A stretch of DNA of 24,000 bases from an uncultured Alphaproteobacteria bacterium (GTDB lineage: Bacteria > Pseudomonadota > Alphaproteobacteria > ATCC43930 > CGMCC-115725), in NCBI GenBank assembly GCA_963774345.1, contig CAVZFB010000035.1, positions 33,915 to 57,914 on the forward strand, in the 5' to 3' direction. The notes beneath the pieces were generated by a model. That model saw nothing but the letters and a program-made list of their open reading frames with translations, was not told the DNA's origin and made no database searches. Shown here in pieces: positions 16,280 through 24,000 of this stretch. Numbering within the stretch: the first letter of the stretch is position 1; the number at the start of each line of letters is the position of its first letter. Made by a program: the position numbers and the translations under genes.

Positions 16280-18701
16280 TCACCGTTGCACCCCGGCAAC
16301 GCTGCTCCGCGCCGTCGCGACAGTCATTTTAGTTGTCGTCATCGCTCCCACGCGAGCCTCGGCCGACCAGACGTTGCTGTTGGAGGTCGTGGTCAACGGT
16401 CACCTGATCGGCAAAATCGGCGAGTTCGTACAACGCGACAACGAACTTCTCGCCCGCCCCGGTGAGCTACGCGATCTCGGCATCCGCGTTCCGGATAGGG
16501 CGCCATCGAACCAGGCTGATCTTGTCCCTCTCTCGGCAATCGAGGGCCTGGCCGCCCGCCTCGATATGGCGACGCAGACATTGTACGTCACTGCCGCGCC
16601 GGAGCGCTTGTTGCCCGAGCTATTGCTGGCCGCTGGGGTCTCCGGCAGCAATGTCCCGGTCGAAAGCGGGATCGGGGAGACGCTCGATTACGATGTCGTC
16701 GGTACCTCGGTCAGCGGGCAGAACCTCGGCAGTGGGCTGTTCGATTTGCGCGTTTTCTCGCCGTGGGGCGTGGTTTCCTCGGGCTTCCTAGGCTACGCCG
16801 GGACCAATCCCAACGGCCCCCTTCCGTATTCGGCGATACGGCTCGATTCGGTCTACACCTATGCCGATTTCGATAATCTGCGCTGGTATCGGGCGGGCGA
16901 TTTCATCAATGGTGGTCTCGGTTGGACCCGTCCAGTGCGGATCGGCGGGGTGCAGATCCAGTCGGATTTCTCGATGCGGCCCGATCTCGTGACGTTTCCG
17001 CTGCCTTCGGTCGGCGGCTCGGCCGCGGTCCCGTCGACGGTCGACGTCCTGGTCAACGGCACGCGGGTCCTTTCGCGTCAAGTGGCGCCCGGCCCATTCG
17101 AGATCCCGCAACTTCCGATCGTTACCGGCGGCGGCGCGATCCAGATGACCGTGACCAACGCACTCGGCCAGCAGGTCACCACGACCTTGCCGTTCTACGC
17201 CAGCTCCAATCTGCTCGCTCCGGGCCTTCAAACCTATTCGGCAGAAGTCGGCGCGGTGCGGCGGAACTGGGGCGTCATCAGCGACGATTACGGTGCCCTG
17301 GCCGGTTCCGCCACCTACCGCCGCGGCTTGTCGCCGGTGGTGACGATCGAGGCCCATGCCGAAGGAACGTCCGGTCTGATGGCCGCCGGCGCGGGCAGCG
17401 TGGTGAACGTCGGCGATCTGGGCGTGATCAATTTCTCGGCCGCCGGCAGCGGTCTCGATCTGCCCGGTGTTCAGTTCACGGCCGGTGCTCAGCGGATCGG
17501 TCCAGTCGCCAGCCTCGGCGCCTTTGCCAGTGTCGCCAGCCGAAACTTCCGCGACATTGCGACGGTGAACGGCGATCCCGTGCCGCAGCGTCAGCTGAAT
17601 GCTTATGCAAGTCTGTCGTTCGGGCGCTTCGGTTCCGCCGGCATTTCCTATATCGGCATCGATCGCAGCGCGGTCTTCACACCGATCAATTTCGTGGCTC
17701 CAGCCAGCGGGTTTCTTGCCCAGAACACCGTCCTACCGGGCGGAACCGTTTCGACCACGAGCGGGGCAGCCCCCTTTCTTCCGGTTCTACGGGCCCGAAT
17801 CGTCTCGGCGAATTACTCGGTGCAGATCGGCAAGCTGTCAATCTATGCGACCGCTTTCCGTGATTTCGCCCAAGGTGGCGGCAGCGGCGCGATATTGGGG
17901 GTGACGATTCCGATCGGTCCGCGCAGTTCGGCCGGCGTCAGCGCCGGCTCCGGATCGGGTAGCGGTTATGCTCAGGTGCAGGCGACGCAGTCGCCGGTGC
18001 TGATCGGCGATTGGGGCTACCAAATCTACGGCTCAGCCGGCAATCCATATCAGCAATTTGGATTGGTGCAATACAAGTCGCCATGGGGGCTGGTCTCCGC
18101 CGGGGCCAGCCGGGTCGGCACGCAGACCGCCCTGCGTGGCGAAGCGCAGGGCGCTCTGTCCTATGCCGATGGCGGGCTGTTCGCATCCAATACGATCAAT
18201 GATGCGTTCGCCGTGGTCGACACCACCGCCCCCGACATTCGCGTCTACAGCGAGAATCGCGAGGTGGAGCGGACCGACTCCGCCGGGCGCGTATTGGTGC
18301 CCGATCTTCGCTCTTTTGATCTCAACAATTTGTCGATCGATCCGTCCGATGTGCCGGCTGACGCTTCGGTTCCGTATATGACCAGGGAGGTGCGGCCGCA
18401 GTACCGCTCCGGGGTCGTGGTGCGTTTCCCGGTCCGCGCCAGCCACGGCGCCCTGCTGCGGCTCGTCGATCAGGCGGGCCAGCCGCTGCCCGTCGGCAGC
18501 GTTGCCACCCTAAAAGCGACAAAGGCCTCGGTTCCCGTCGGCTATGACGGCGAAGCCTATGTCCAGGATCTCCGCCGTCACAACGGACTCGCCGTCGAAC
18601 GGCCGGATGGGTCGCGTTGCACTGTAGCCTTCGACTATCAGCCGGCGCCGGGTGAGATCCCGACGATCGGACCGCTGATCTGCCGGCAGGAAGCTCCGTG
18701 A
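16266..18701 (+). CDS. Fimbrial outer membrane usher protein (CsuD-like)
   Basis: 811 aa with TTG start overlapping the chaperone gene. Segments PSTVDVLVNGTRVLSRQVAPGPFEIPQLPIVTGGGAIQMTVTNALGQQVTTTLPFYASSNLLAPGLQTYSAEVG; DSAGRVLVPDLRSFDLNNLSIDPSDVP; GEAYVQDL. Confidence 0.92.
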   Translation: MRVHNHRCTPATLLRAVATVILVVVIAPTRASADQTLLLEVVVNGHLIGKIGEFVQRDNELLARPGELRDLGIRVPDRAPSNQADLVPLSAIEGLAARLDMATQTLYVTAAPERLLPELLLAAGVSGSNVPVESGIGETLDYDVVGTSVSGQNLGSGLFDLRVFSPWGVVSSGFLGYAGTNPNGPLPYSAIRLDSVYTYADFDNLRWYRAGDFINGGLGWTRPVRIGGVQIQSDFSMRPDLVTFPLPSVGGSAAVPSTVDVLVNGTRVLSRQVAPGPFEIPQLPIVTGGGAIQMTVTNALGQQVTTTLPFYASSNLLAPGLQTYSAEVGAVRRNWGVISDDYGALAGSATYRRGLSPVVTIEAHAEGTSGLMAAGAGSVVNVGDLGVINFSAAGSGLDLPGVQFTAGAQRIGPVASLGAFASVASRNFRDIATVNGDPVPQRQLNAYASLSFGRFGSAGISYIGIDRSAVFTPINFVAPASGFLAQNTVLPGGTVSTTSGAAPFLPVLRARIVSANYSVQIGKLSIYATAFRDFAQGGGSGAILGVTIPIGPRSSAGVSAGSGSGSGYAQVQATQSPVLIGDWGYQIYGSAGNPYQQFGLVQYKSPWGLVSAGASRVGTQTALRGEAQGALSYADGGLFASNTINDAFAVVDTTAPDIRVYSENREVERTDSAGRVLVPDLRSFDLNNLSIDPSDVPADASVPYMTREVRPQYRSGVVVRFPVRASHGALLRLVDQAGQPLPVGSVATLKATKASVPVGYDGEAYVQDLRRHNGLAVERPDGSRCTVAFDYQPAPGEIPTIGPLICRQEAP

Positions 18702-19141
18702 CGCGCGTAGCCGCTTTGGTCGCGATTTTGCTGCTTCTTCCGGCATTGGCCCGGGCCGCCACCTGCACCGTCTCGGCCACGCCAGTCGCTTTCGGCGTAT
18801 ACCCGCCCTTTTCCGGCACGCCGACAACCAGCACCGGCTCGACCTCGGTTCACTGTGTGGCAGGGGCGGCAAGTATTGTAATTTCGCTCAGCACCGGCGG
18901 AGGAGGCGCTTACGCCAACCGGCGAATGAGCAATGGCGCCTCCAATTTGACCTATCAGCTGTATTCGGACGCGGCTCGCACGATGATCTGGGGCGACGGC
19001 ACCGCCGGCACTGTCACCGTTTCGGCCCATGTCGCCAGCAATGGCACCCAAAACAACACGGTCTATGGACGAATTCCAGCGCTACAAGGGGTTCGCCCGG
19101 GCGCCTACACCGATACGATCACCGTCACGGTAACATACTGA
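18698..19141 (+). CDS. Second SCPU-domain protein, putative minor/tip subunit of the pilus
   Basis: GTG start overlapping usher stop (GTGA). Signal peptide plus ATCTVSATPVAFGVYPPFSGTPTTSTGSTSVHCVAGAASIVISLSTGG...YANRRMSNGASNLTYQLYSDAARTMIWG...PGAYTDTITVTVTY. Confidence 0.87.
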   Translation: MTRVAALVAILLLLPALARAATCTVSATPVAFGVYPPFSGTPTTSTGSTSVHCVAGAASIVISLSTGGGGAYANRRMSNGASNLTYQLYSDAARTMIWGDGTAGTVTVSAHVASNGTQNNTVYGRIPALQGVRPGAYTDTITVTVTY

Positions 19142-19278
19142 TCGTCCCCAGTGGGGCTTCGTCGTTATCGCTACCGACCTGCGCAGCTGCCTGAGCTTCC
19201 GCTCGGCCCCGGTCTATCAAATCACTTGCGGATCTCGATCGTCGCAAGACAATCGATTGGTTGGACGAGGATCGGGGA

Positions 19279-20910
19279 GTGGCCAAAGCATACGCCTACA
19301 TCATCGTCGGGGCCGGATCGGCCGGCTGCACCTTGGCCAATCGGCTGAGCGAGGACGCGGACGCGCGCGTGCTGGTGCTCGAGGCGGGCGGCTGGGACCG
19401 CGACCCGTGGATCCATATCCCGCTCGGCTGGGGCCGGATGTTGCAGCGTCGCCGCCACGACTGGATGTACTTCGCCGAGCCCGAGGCGACGATGGACGGC
19501 CGTCGCGTCGAGTGCGCCCGCGGCAAGATCATCGGCGGCTCGTCTTCGATCAACGCCATGGTCTATGTGCGCGGCCATCGCGGCGACTACCAGCGATGGG
19601 CGGCGGACGGGCTCGACGCCTGGTCTTACTCCCATGTGCTTCCCTATTTCCGTCGTCAGGAAAGCTGGGAGGGCGGTGCCGGCCCCTATCGCGGCGGCGA
19701 TGGGCCGCTGACGGTGCGGCGCTCGCGCTATTCCGACCCGCTGGTCGATGCCTATATGGCGGCGGGAGCCGCGGCCGGACATAAGCTCACCAAGGATTAC
19801 AACGGCGCGCAGCAGGAGGGCTTCGGCCGCTCGCAGATGACGATCCGCGACGGGCGGCGCTGCAGCGCCGCGGTCGCCTATCTGCGTCCGGCGCTGACCC
19901 GGTCTAATCTCGAAATTGTTGTGGGCGCGCTGGCGACGCGCATCCTGTTCGAGGGTAGCCGGGCGGTTGGCGTCGAATACCTGAAATCGGGCCAGCGCAT
20001 TGTCGCGTCTGCCGAGCGCGAGGTGATCCTTGCCGGCGGCGTCATCAATTCGCCGCAGCTGTTGATGCTGTCGGGGATCGGCGACCCCGCAGAGCTCGCC
20101 GCGCACGACATCCCGGTCAGAGTGCGCCTGCCCGGAGTCGGGCAAAATCTGCAAGACCACATCTCGGCGCCGGTAAGCTACGCCCGTAAAGAGCCCGGTC
20201 CCTTGCACGCCAGGATGCGCGCCGATCGCATTGCCCTGGAATTGGCCAAAACCTATTTCCGCGGCGCCGGCATCGCCAGCGACTTGCCGGGCGGGCTGAT
20301 GGCCTTTCTAAAGACGGCGCCCGAGACCGCTTTGCCCGACTTGCAGCTGCTGTTTAACGCCGCGCCGATGGCGGCCTCGCCGTATTTCCCGCCCTTTGTG
20401 CCCGCCTATGCCGACAGCTTCGCCTGCCGCGCTGTGCTGTTGCGTCCCGAGAGCCGCGGGCGGGTCGAGCTCGCCTCTTCCGACCCGAAGGTCCCGCTCC
20501 GCATCCACCAGAATTTCCTAGCCACCGACAAGGACTGGGCGACCTTGCGCGCCGGGATTCGCCTGGTTCGCGACATCGGCCAGGCCGCGCCCTTGGTCCC
20601 GTTCGCCGCGGGGGAGATCGCGCCCGGCCCCGCTTGCCACTCCAACGCCGAGATCGACGCCTACATCCGCGCCAGCGCGATCACGGTTCACCATCCGCTC
20701 GGCACCTGCAAGATGGGCCGGCCGGCCGACCCCACCGCCGTCGTCGATCCCGAACTCAGGGTCCTGGGGGTAGACGCGCTGCGCGTCGTCGACGCCTCGG
20801 TAATGCCCGACCTGATCGGCGGCAACATCAACGCGGTGGTGATCATGATCGCCGAAAAAGCCGCCGACCTGATCCGCGGCCACCCCCCGCTCGCCCCGGT
20901 CAACGTCTAA
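19279..20910 (+). CDS. GMC family FAD-dependent oxidoreductase (choline dehydrogenase/alcohol dehydrogenase-like)
   Basis: [20 protein letters not shown]; [30 protein letters not shown]; [19 protein letters not shown]; C-terminal [10 protein letters not shown] and [44 protein letters not shown] start at 19279 preceded by GAGG; the ORF track start is 19261. Confidence 0.93.
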   Translation: MAKAYAYIIVGAGSAGCTLANRLSEDADARVLVLEAGGWDRDPWIHIPLGWGRMLQRRRHDWMYFAEPEATMDGRRVECARGKIIGGSSSINAMVYVRGHRGDYQRWAADGLDAWSYSHVLPYFRRQESWEGGAGPYRGGDGPLTVRRSRYSDPLVDAYMAAGAAAGHKLTKDYNGAQQEGFGRSQMTIRDGRRCSAAVAYLRPALTRSNLEIVVGALATRILFEGSRAVGVEYLKSGQRIVASAEREVILAGGVINSPQLLMLSGIGDPAELAAHDIPVRVRLPGVGQNLQDHISAPVSYARKEPGPLHARMRADRIALELAKTYFRGAGIASDLPGGLMAFLKTAPETALPDLQLLFNAAPMAASPYFPPFVPAYADSFACRAVLLRPESRGRVELASSDPKVPLRIHQNFLATDKDWATLRAGIRLVRDIGQAAPLVPFAAGEIAPGPACHSNAEIDAYIRASAITVHHPLGTCKMGRPADPTAVVDPELRVLGVDALRVVDASVMPDLIGGNINAVVIMIAEKAADLIRGHPPLAPVNV

Positions 20911-21063
20911 CAGCACAAGCTTCAGGCCCGTAAAACCTGCGGTCAGCCTACGCGCGCCGATTTTTCACCGCGCCGCTCTCGGATTTTGAGCAGTCTTGTT
21001 ATTCTGATCCCTTCAGGTCGAAGTTGCCGATCGGGCCACGGTCATCGCCACGCGGAGGGAAGA

Positions 21064-21465
21064 ATGCTCACCATCCTCGATCTCAATGCCGAGTTCGCCA
21101 AGCTGAAGACGTTGCGCGGACGCACTCCGGAAACTCCGGAGGCTGATCGCCAGGGCGCTTTCGCACGGTTGGCGCCGTACCGGGACAGCGCCATCAACGT
21201 CGCCAAATTCTCCGGCGAAGGCCCATGGGAGCGCCACATCAACGGGGACGAAATCGTACAGGTCGTCGACGGCGCCACGACTTTCCACATCATGTTCGAG
21301 GACGGGCCGCAATCCTACACACTCAAGGCCGGGATGGTGGTCGTCGTCCCGCAAGGGAAGTGGCATCGCTTCGAGGCGCCGGACGGGGTGAGCCTGATGA
21401 CCACCACGCCGCAACCGACCGAACACCTCACCTTCGCCGTCGACGATCCGCGAACCCTCGACTGA
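21064..21465 (+). CDS. Cupin domain-containing protein
   Basis: MLTILDLNAEFAKLKTLRG...NVAKFSGEGPWERHINGDEIVQVVDGATTFHIMFEDGPQSYTLKAGMVVVVPQGKWHRFEAPDGVSLMTTTP. GGAGGGA ribosome-binding site before ATG at 21064. Confidence 0.85.
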   Translation: MLTILDLNAEFAKLKTLRGRTPETPEADRQGAFARLAPYRDSAINVAKFSGEGPWERHINGDEIVQVVDGATTFHIMFEDGPQSYTLKAGMVVVVPQGKWHRFEAPDGVSLMTTTPQPTEHLTFAVDDPRTLD

Positions 21466-21586
21466 CGGGTATGTCGAAGCGGTGCGATCCCCGCTCGACA
21501 GCCTTTTGACGGATGACAACTTCTCGCGGTTGGGCTAGCCTAGTTACTGGGCCTCGATGGGGCCGAATAAGGCGGCCGAAAACAGA

Positions 21587-21630
21587 ACGCCGCCGGACAT
21601 GGAACAGGAGCAACGTCGATCCGGCGGCGT
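21587..21630. repeat. Perfect 11-bp inverted repeat with 22-nt spacer between cupin and MFS genes
   Basis: acgccgccgga (21587-21597) and tccggcggcgt (21620-21630). Confidence 0.4.
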
Positions 21631-21776
21631 GTCGTGCGGCTGCCAGAATTTGCGAGGCGCGTACCGAGCGACGAGCAAGCAATTTAATCTAGATCCCCGA
21701 TAACGGCGACGGGCCCGCCTCGTCCGTTTTGCGCTTCCGCATGGTCCCCGGATTTCGACAATCTGGGAGGTCACCC

Positions 21777-23186
21777 ATGGCAGAAATTCGCTCGATCGCC
21801 CGATCGCCAACGGCCGCTAGCTTTGTGCTCGGTCGTAAGCTCGACAGCATCCCGTTCAGCGCTTACCACGTATTGATCATCGCCGTGCTGGCTCTCGTCG
21901 GCTTCGTCGAGGGCTACGATCTGTCGCTCACCAGCTCCTTGCTGGTACTGGCCAAGGCGCCGCTGCATCTGACCGGCACCGACATCCGCTGGCTCGTCGC
22001 CGGCCCGCCCCTGATGGCTTGCGTCGGCGGCTTTGCGTTCTCGGCAGTAGCCGACCACTGGAGCCGCAAGATGGTGATGCAGATCGGGGTAATTGCTACC
22101 ACGTTTTTGACGTTGTTGATCCCGCTGGTGCAAACCGCCGAGCAGCTGATCATCCTGCGTCTGCTGACCGGCCTCGGCGCCGGCGGGGTCGTGTCAGCAG
22201 CATTCCCGATCGCCGCCGAATTAATGCCGGCGCAGCACCGGCGCACCTACGGCGCGATCTATGAAATGGCGCTGGCCGCCTCGTTTACTTTGGTGCCCTT
22301 TATCTCCTTCCTGCTCGCCGGCAGCCCTAACGCATTTCGATTTCTCGCGTTGCCGGGCGGGCTAGTGATAACCGTTGTGCCGGTGCTGATCTATTTCGCG
22401 CTTCCCGAAAGCCCGCGCTGGTACTTGCGCAAGGGCGACGCGCAGGCGGCGGCCGATGCCGTCAACCAGATCATTCGGCGGGCCGGCGATCGCGTTCCGC
22501 CACTGACCGTCGAGGCGCTCCGCGACAGCCCACAGAGTATCCGCGAGCAGTTGCCGCCCTATTGGGCATTGTTCGCCCGGGGCCAGCTGCGCTGGACCAC
22601 GGTCGGGATTTTGAGCGGCGTCTGCGCCGGCACCGCCGGTCTTCTGATCCATGGATTGCTGCCCAAGGCGATGGTCGATCAGGGCCTGGCCGTCGCCTCC
22701 AGTTTCGGTTTGAGTACGCTGGTGTATCTCGCGAGCATCCCGGGCAAAGCCTTCACCGGCTTCCTGATGGAGATCATCGGGCGGCGGTGGACCATTGCCT
22801 ACGCCCTCGCCGGATCGCTGCCCGGCCTGTTCATGATGCTGCTGGCGCATCGGGCTGGGGAATACGCAACGGTTGTAATGGTCGCGGGCGGGCTGATCAC
22901 CGGCTTCACCGTGCTGTCGGCGTTCAGCGCCACCCGCGTCTACCTGTCCGAGCAGTTCCCGACAGCGTTGCGCGGCCGTGGACAGATCTTCGGTGAGTTG
23001 TTCGGCCGGCTGTTCGCCGGCGTGCTGGCGCCGTTTTTGATGGTGCCCTACACAGGCTCGCCGACGATCTTTTTCGGCACGATCGTGGTCGTGGTGTCGG
23101 TCGGCGCCTTCATCCCGCTGATCTTCGGCAAGGAGACTGTCGGCCAGCTCGAAACCGTGACCGAGGGCGTACCCGCGTTCGCCTGA
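21777..23186 (+). CDS. MFS transporter, aromatic acid:H+ symporter (AAHS)-like
   Basis: 12-TM-like hydrophobic pattern; FVEGYDLSLTSSLLV; ADHWSRKMVMQIG; RLLTGLGAGGVVSAAFPIAAELMPAQHRRTYG; LPESPRWYLRKG; YLSEQFPTALRGRGQIFGELFGRLFAGVLAPF. Ribosome-binding site GGGAGG before ATG at 21777. Confidence 0.88.
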   Translation: MAEIRSIARSPTAASFVLGRKLDSIPFSAYHVLIIAVLALVGFVEGYDLSLTSSLLVLAKAPLHLTGTDIRWLVAGPPLMACVGGFAFSAVADHWSRKMVMQIGVIATTFLTLLIPLVQTAEQLIILRLLTGLGAGGVVSAAFPIAAELMPAQHRRTYGAIYEMALAASFTLVPFISFLLAGSPNAFRFLALPGGLVITVVPVLIYFALPESPRWYLRKGDAQAAADAVNQIIRRAGDRVPPLTVEALRDSPQSIREQLPPYWALFARGQLRWTTVGILSGVCAGTAGLLIHGLLPKAMVDQGLAVASSFGLSTLVYLASIPGKAFTGFLMEIIGRRWTIAYALAGSLPGLFMMLLAHRAGEYATVVMVAGGLITGFTVLSAFSATRVYLSEQFPTALRGRGQIFGELFGRLFAGVLAPFLMVPYTGSPTIFFGTIVVVVSVGAFIPLIFGKETVGQLETVTEGVPAFA

Positions 23187-23223
23187 TCCGCCGCGGTCGG
23201 CAATGGCGAGGCCAACGGAAGCC

Positions 23224-24000
23224 CTACGACGCGAAAATCTCGCCAAGGCGCTGGATCGAGCTCAGCACTTGCTGCTGGGGCAGCCCTGGCCACTGGCAGC
23301 GCATGATGAAGTGATCGACGCCGAGCAGCTCGTGATAGCGCGCGATCTCCTCCTTTACCGACACCTTGTCGCCGATGATGAACCGGTCGCGCGCAAAATC
23401 CTCGAAGTCGGGCGAAGTGCGGTCCTGAAGTCCCCAGGCGGCATAGGCGTTGTATTTGTATTCGAGCGGCCCGCGGCATTCCTCGTGCGCAGTTGCGTGG
23501 CTCGCGCCGACATAGCATTCGACAGTGATCGGGTACTCCATCGGGGTTCGTCCGAATTCCTTTAATGCCGCACGATAGGTTTGCATCAGCGGCCCCACCG
23601 TGCCGAGCCCGCCGCTGTTGACGATCAGCCAGGCGTCGCCGATCCGCGCCGCGCGCCTGACCGACACATCGGCCTGCCCGGCGATATAAAGCGGCGGTCC
23701 GCCCGGGCGCACCGGCTTCGCGCCGATGCCGGCGTCGTTGACCGTGTAGAACCGGCCCTTATGGCTGATCCGGTCCTCGGTCCACAGCCGGCGCATCAAG
23801 GCGATGCTTTCGTTAAACCGCGGCGCCCGCTCCTTCAAGGCGATGCCGAAGGCGTCGAACTCCGGCTGGCGGTAGCCTAAGCCGATGCCGAGGATGTAGT
23901 AGCCACCGGTCAGCACGTCCAAGGTGGCCGCTTCCTCCGCCACATGCATCGGGTTGAGCGGCGGTAGGATCAGGATGTTCGGTCCGATCGTCATGCCCTT
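23224..24000 (-). CDS. LLM class flavin-dependent oxidoreductase (luciferase-like monooxygenase), N-terminus outside window
   Basis: KGMTIGPNILILPPLNPMHVAEEAATLDVLTGGYYILGIGLGYRQPEFDAFGI...RFNESIALMRRLWTEDRISHKGRFY...PPLYIAGQADVSVRRAARIGDAWLI. The frame stays open to the window end, so the M at 23994 is probably internal. Confidence 0.93.
   Translation of the reverse strand, partial: KGMTIGPNILILPPLNPMHVAEEAATLDVLTGGYYILGIGLGYRQPEFDAFGIALKERAPRFNESIALMRRLWTEDRISHKGRFYTVNDAGIGAKPVRPGGPPLYIAGQADVSVRRAARIGDAWLIVNSGGLGTVGPLMQTYRAALKEFGRTPMEYPITVECYVGASHATAHEECRGPLEYKYNAYAAWGLQDRTSPDFEDFARDRFIIGDKVSVKEEIARYHELLGVDHFIMRCQWPGLPQQQVLSSIQRLGEIFAS

Noticed and set aside
19222-20208. 328-aa minus-strand ORF opposite the GMC oxidoreductase
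   Set aside because: Shadow ORF with His/Arg-rich random-looking composition; the plus-strand product is unambiguous.
22362-23246. 294-aa minus-strand ORF opposite the MFS transporter
   Set aside because: Shadow frame of a membrane protein gene; highly polar translation without domain signatures.
1-24000. CRISPR arrays, tRNA/rRNA genes, transposases, phage genes, toxin-antitoxin or defence systems
   Set aside because: I looked for regular direct repeats, clover-leaf-like tails, DDE or tyrosine recombinase motifs and known defence domains by eye and found none. A formal scan (tRNAscan-SE, CRISPR finder, HMM search) was not possible here.

Overview
High-GC bacterial window, alphaproteobacterium-like by gene content (inference). 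From left to right it contains: (1) the 3' end of an SDR oxidoreductase; (2) a convergent class III extradiol (LigB-LigA type) dioxygenase; (3) a hypothetical Arg/Pro-rich protein with four spaced poly-Arg blocks; (4) a minus-strand unit of MBL-fold hydrolase, LivJ-type substrate-binding protein (SBP) and VOC protein; (5) a long plus-strand run: ggt (frameshifted), ureD, ureA, ureB, ureC, an orphan ABC_sub_bind-type SBP, ureE, ureF (frameshifted), ureG, hemW; (6) a compact Csu-like (archaic) chaperone-usher locus of SCPU pilin, chaperone, usher and second SCPU protein; (7) a GMC oxidoreductase, a cupin, an AAHS-like MFS transporter and a truncated LLM flavin-dependent oxidoreductase on the minus strand. 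I see no convincing wholly new system. The observations most worth a second look are: a REP-like composite palindrome between ureA and ureB that abuts the ureB ribosome-binding site; the SBP gene between ureC and ureE; the ggt-ureD stop/start overlap; the two single-base frameshifts in ggt and ureF; the hairpin in the ggt leader; and the poly-Arg repeat protein. No tRNA, rRNA, CRISPR array or transposase was recognised.
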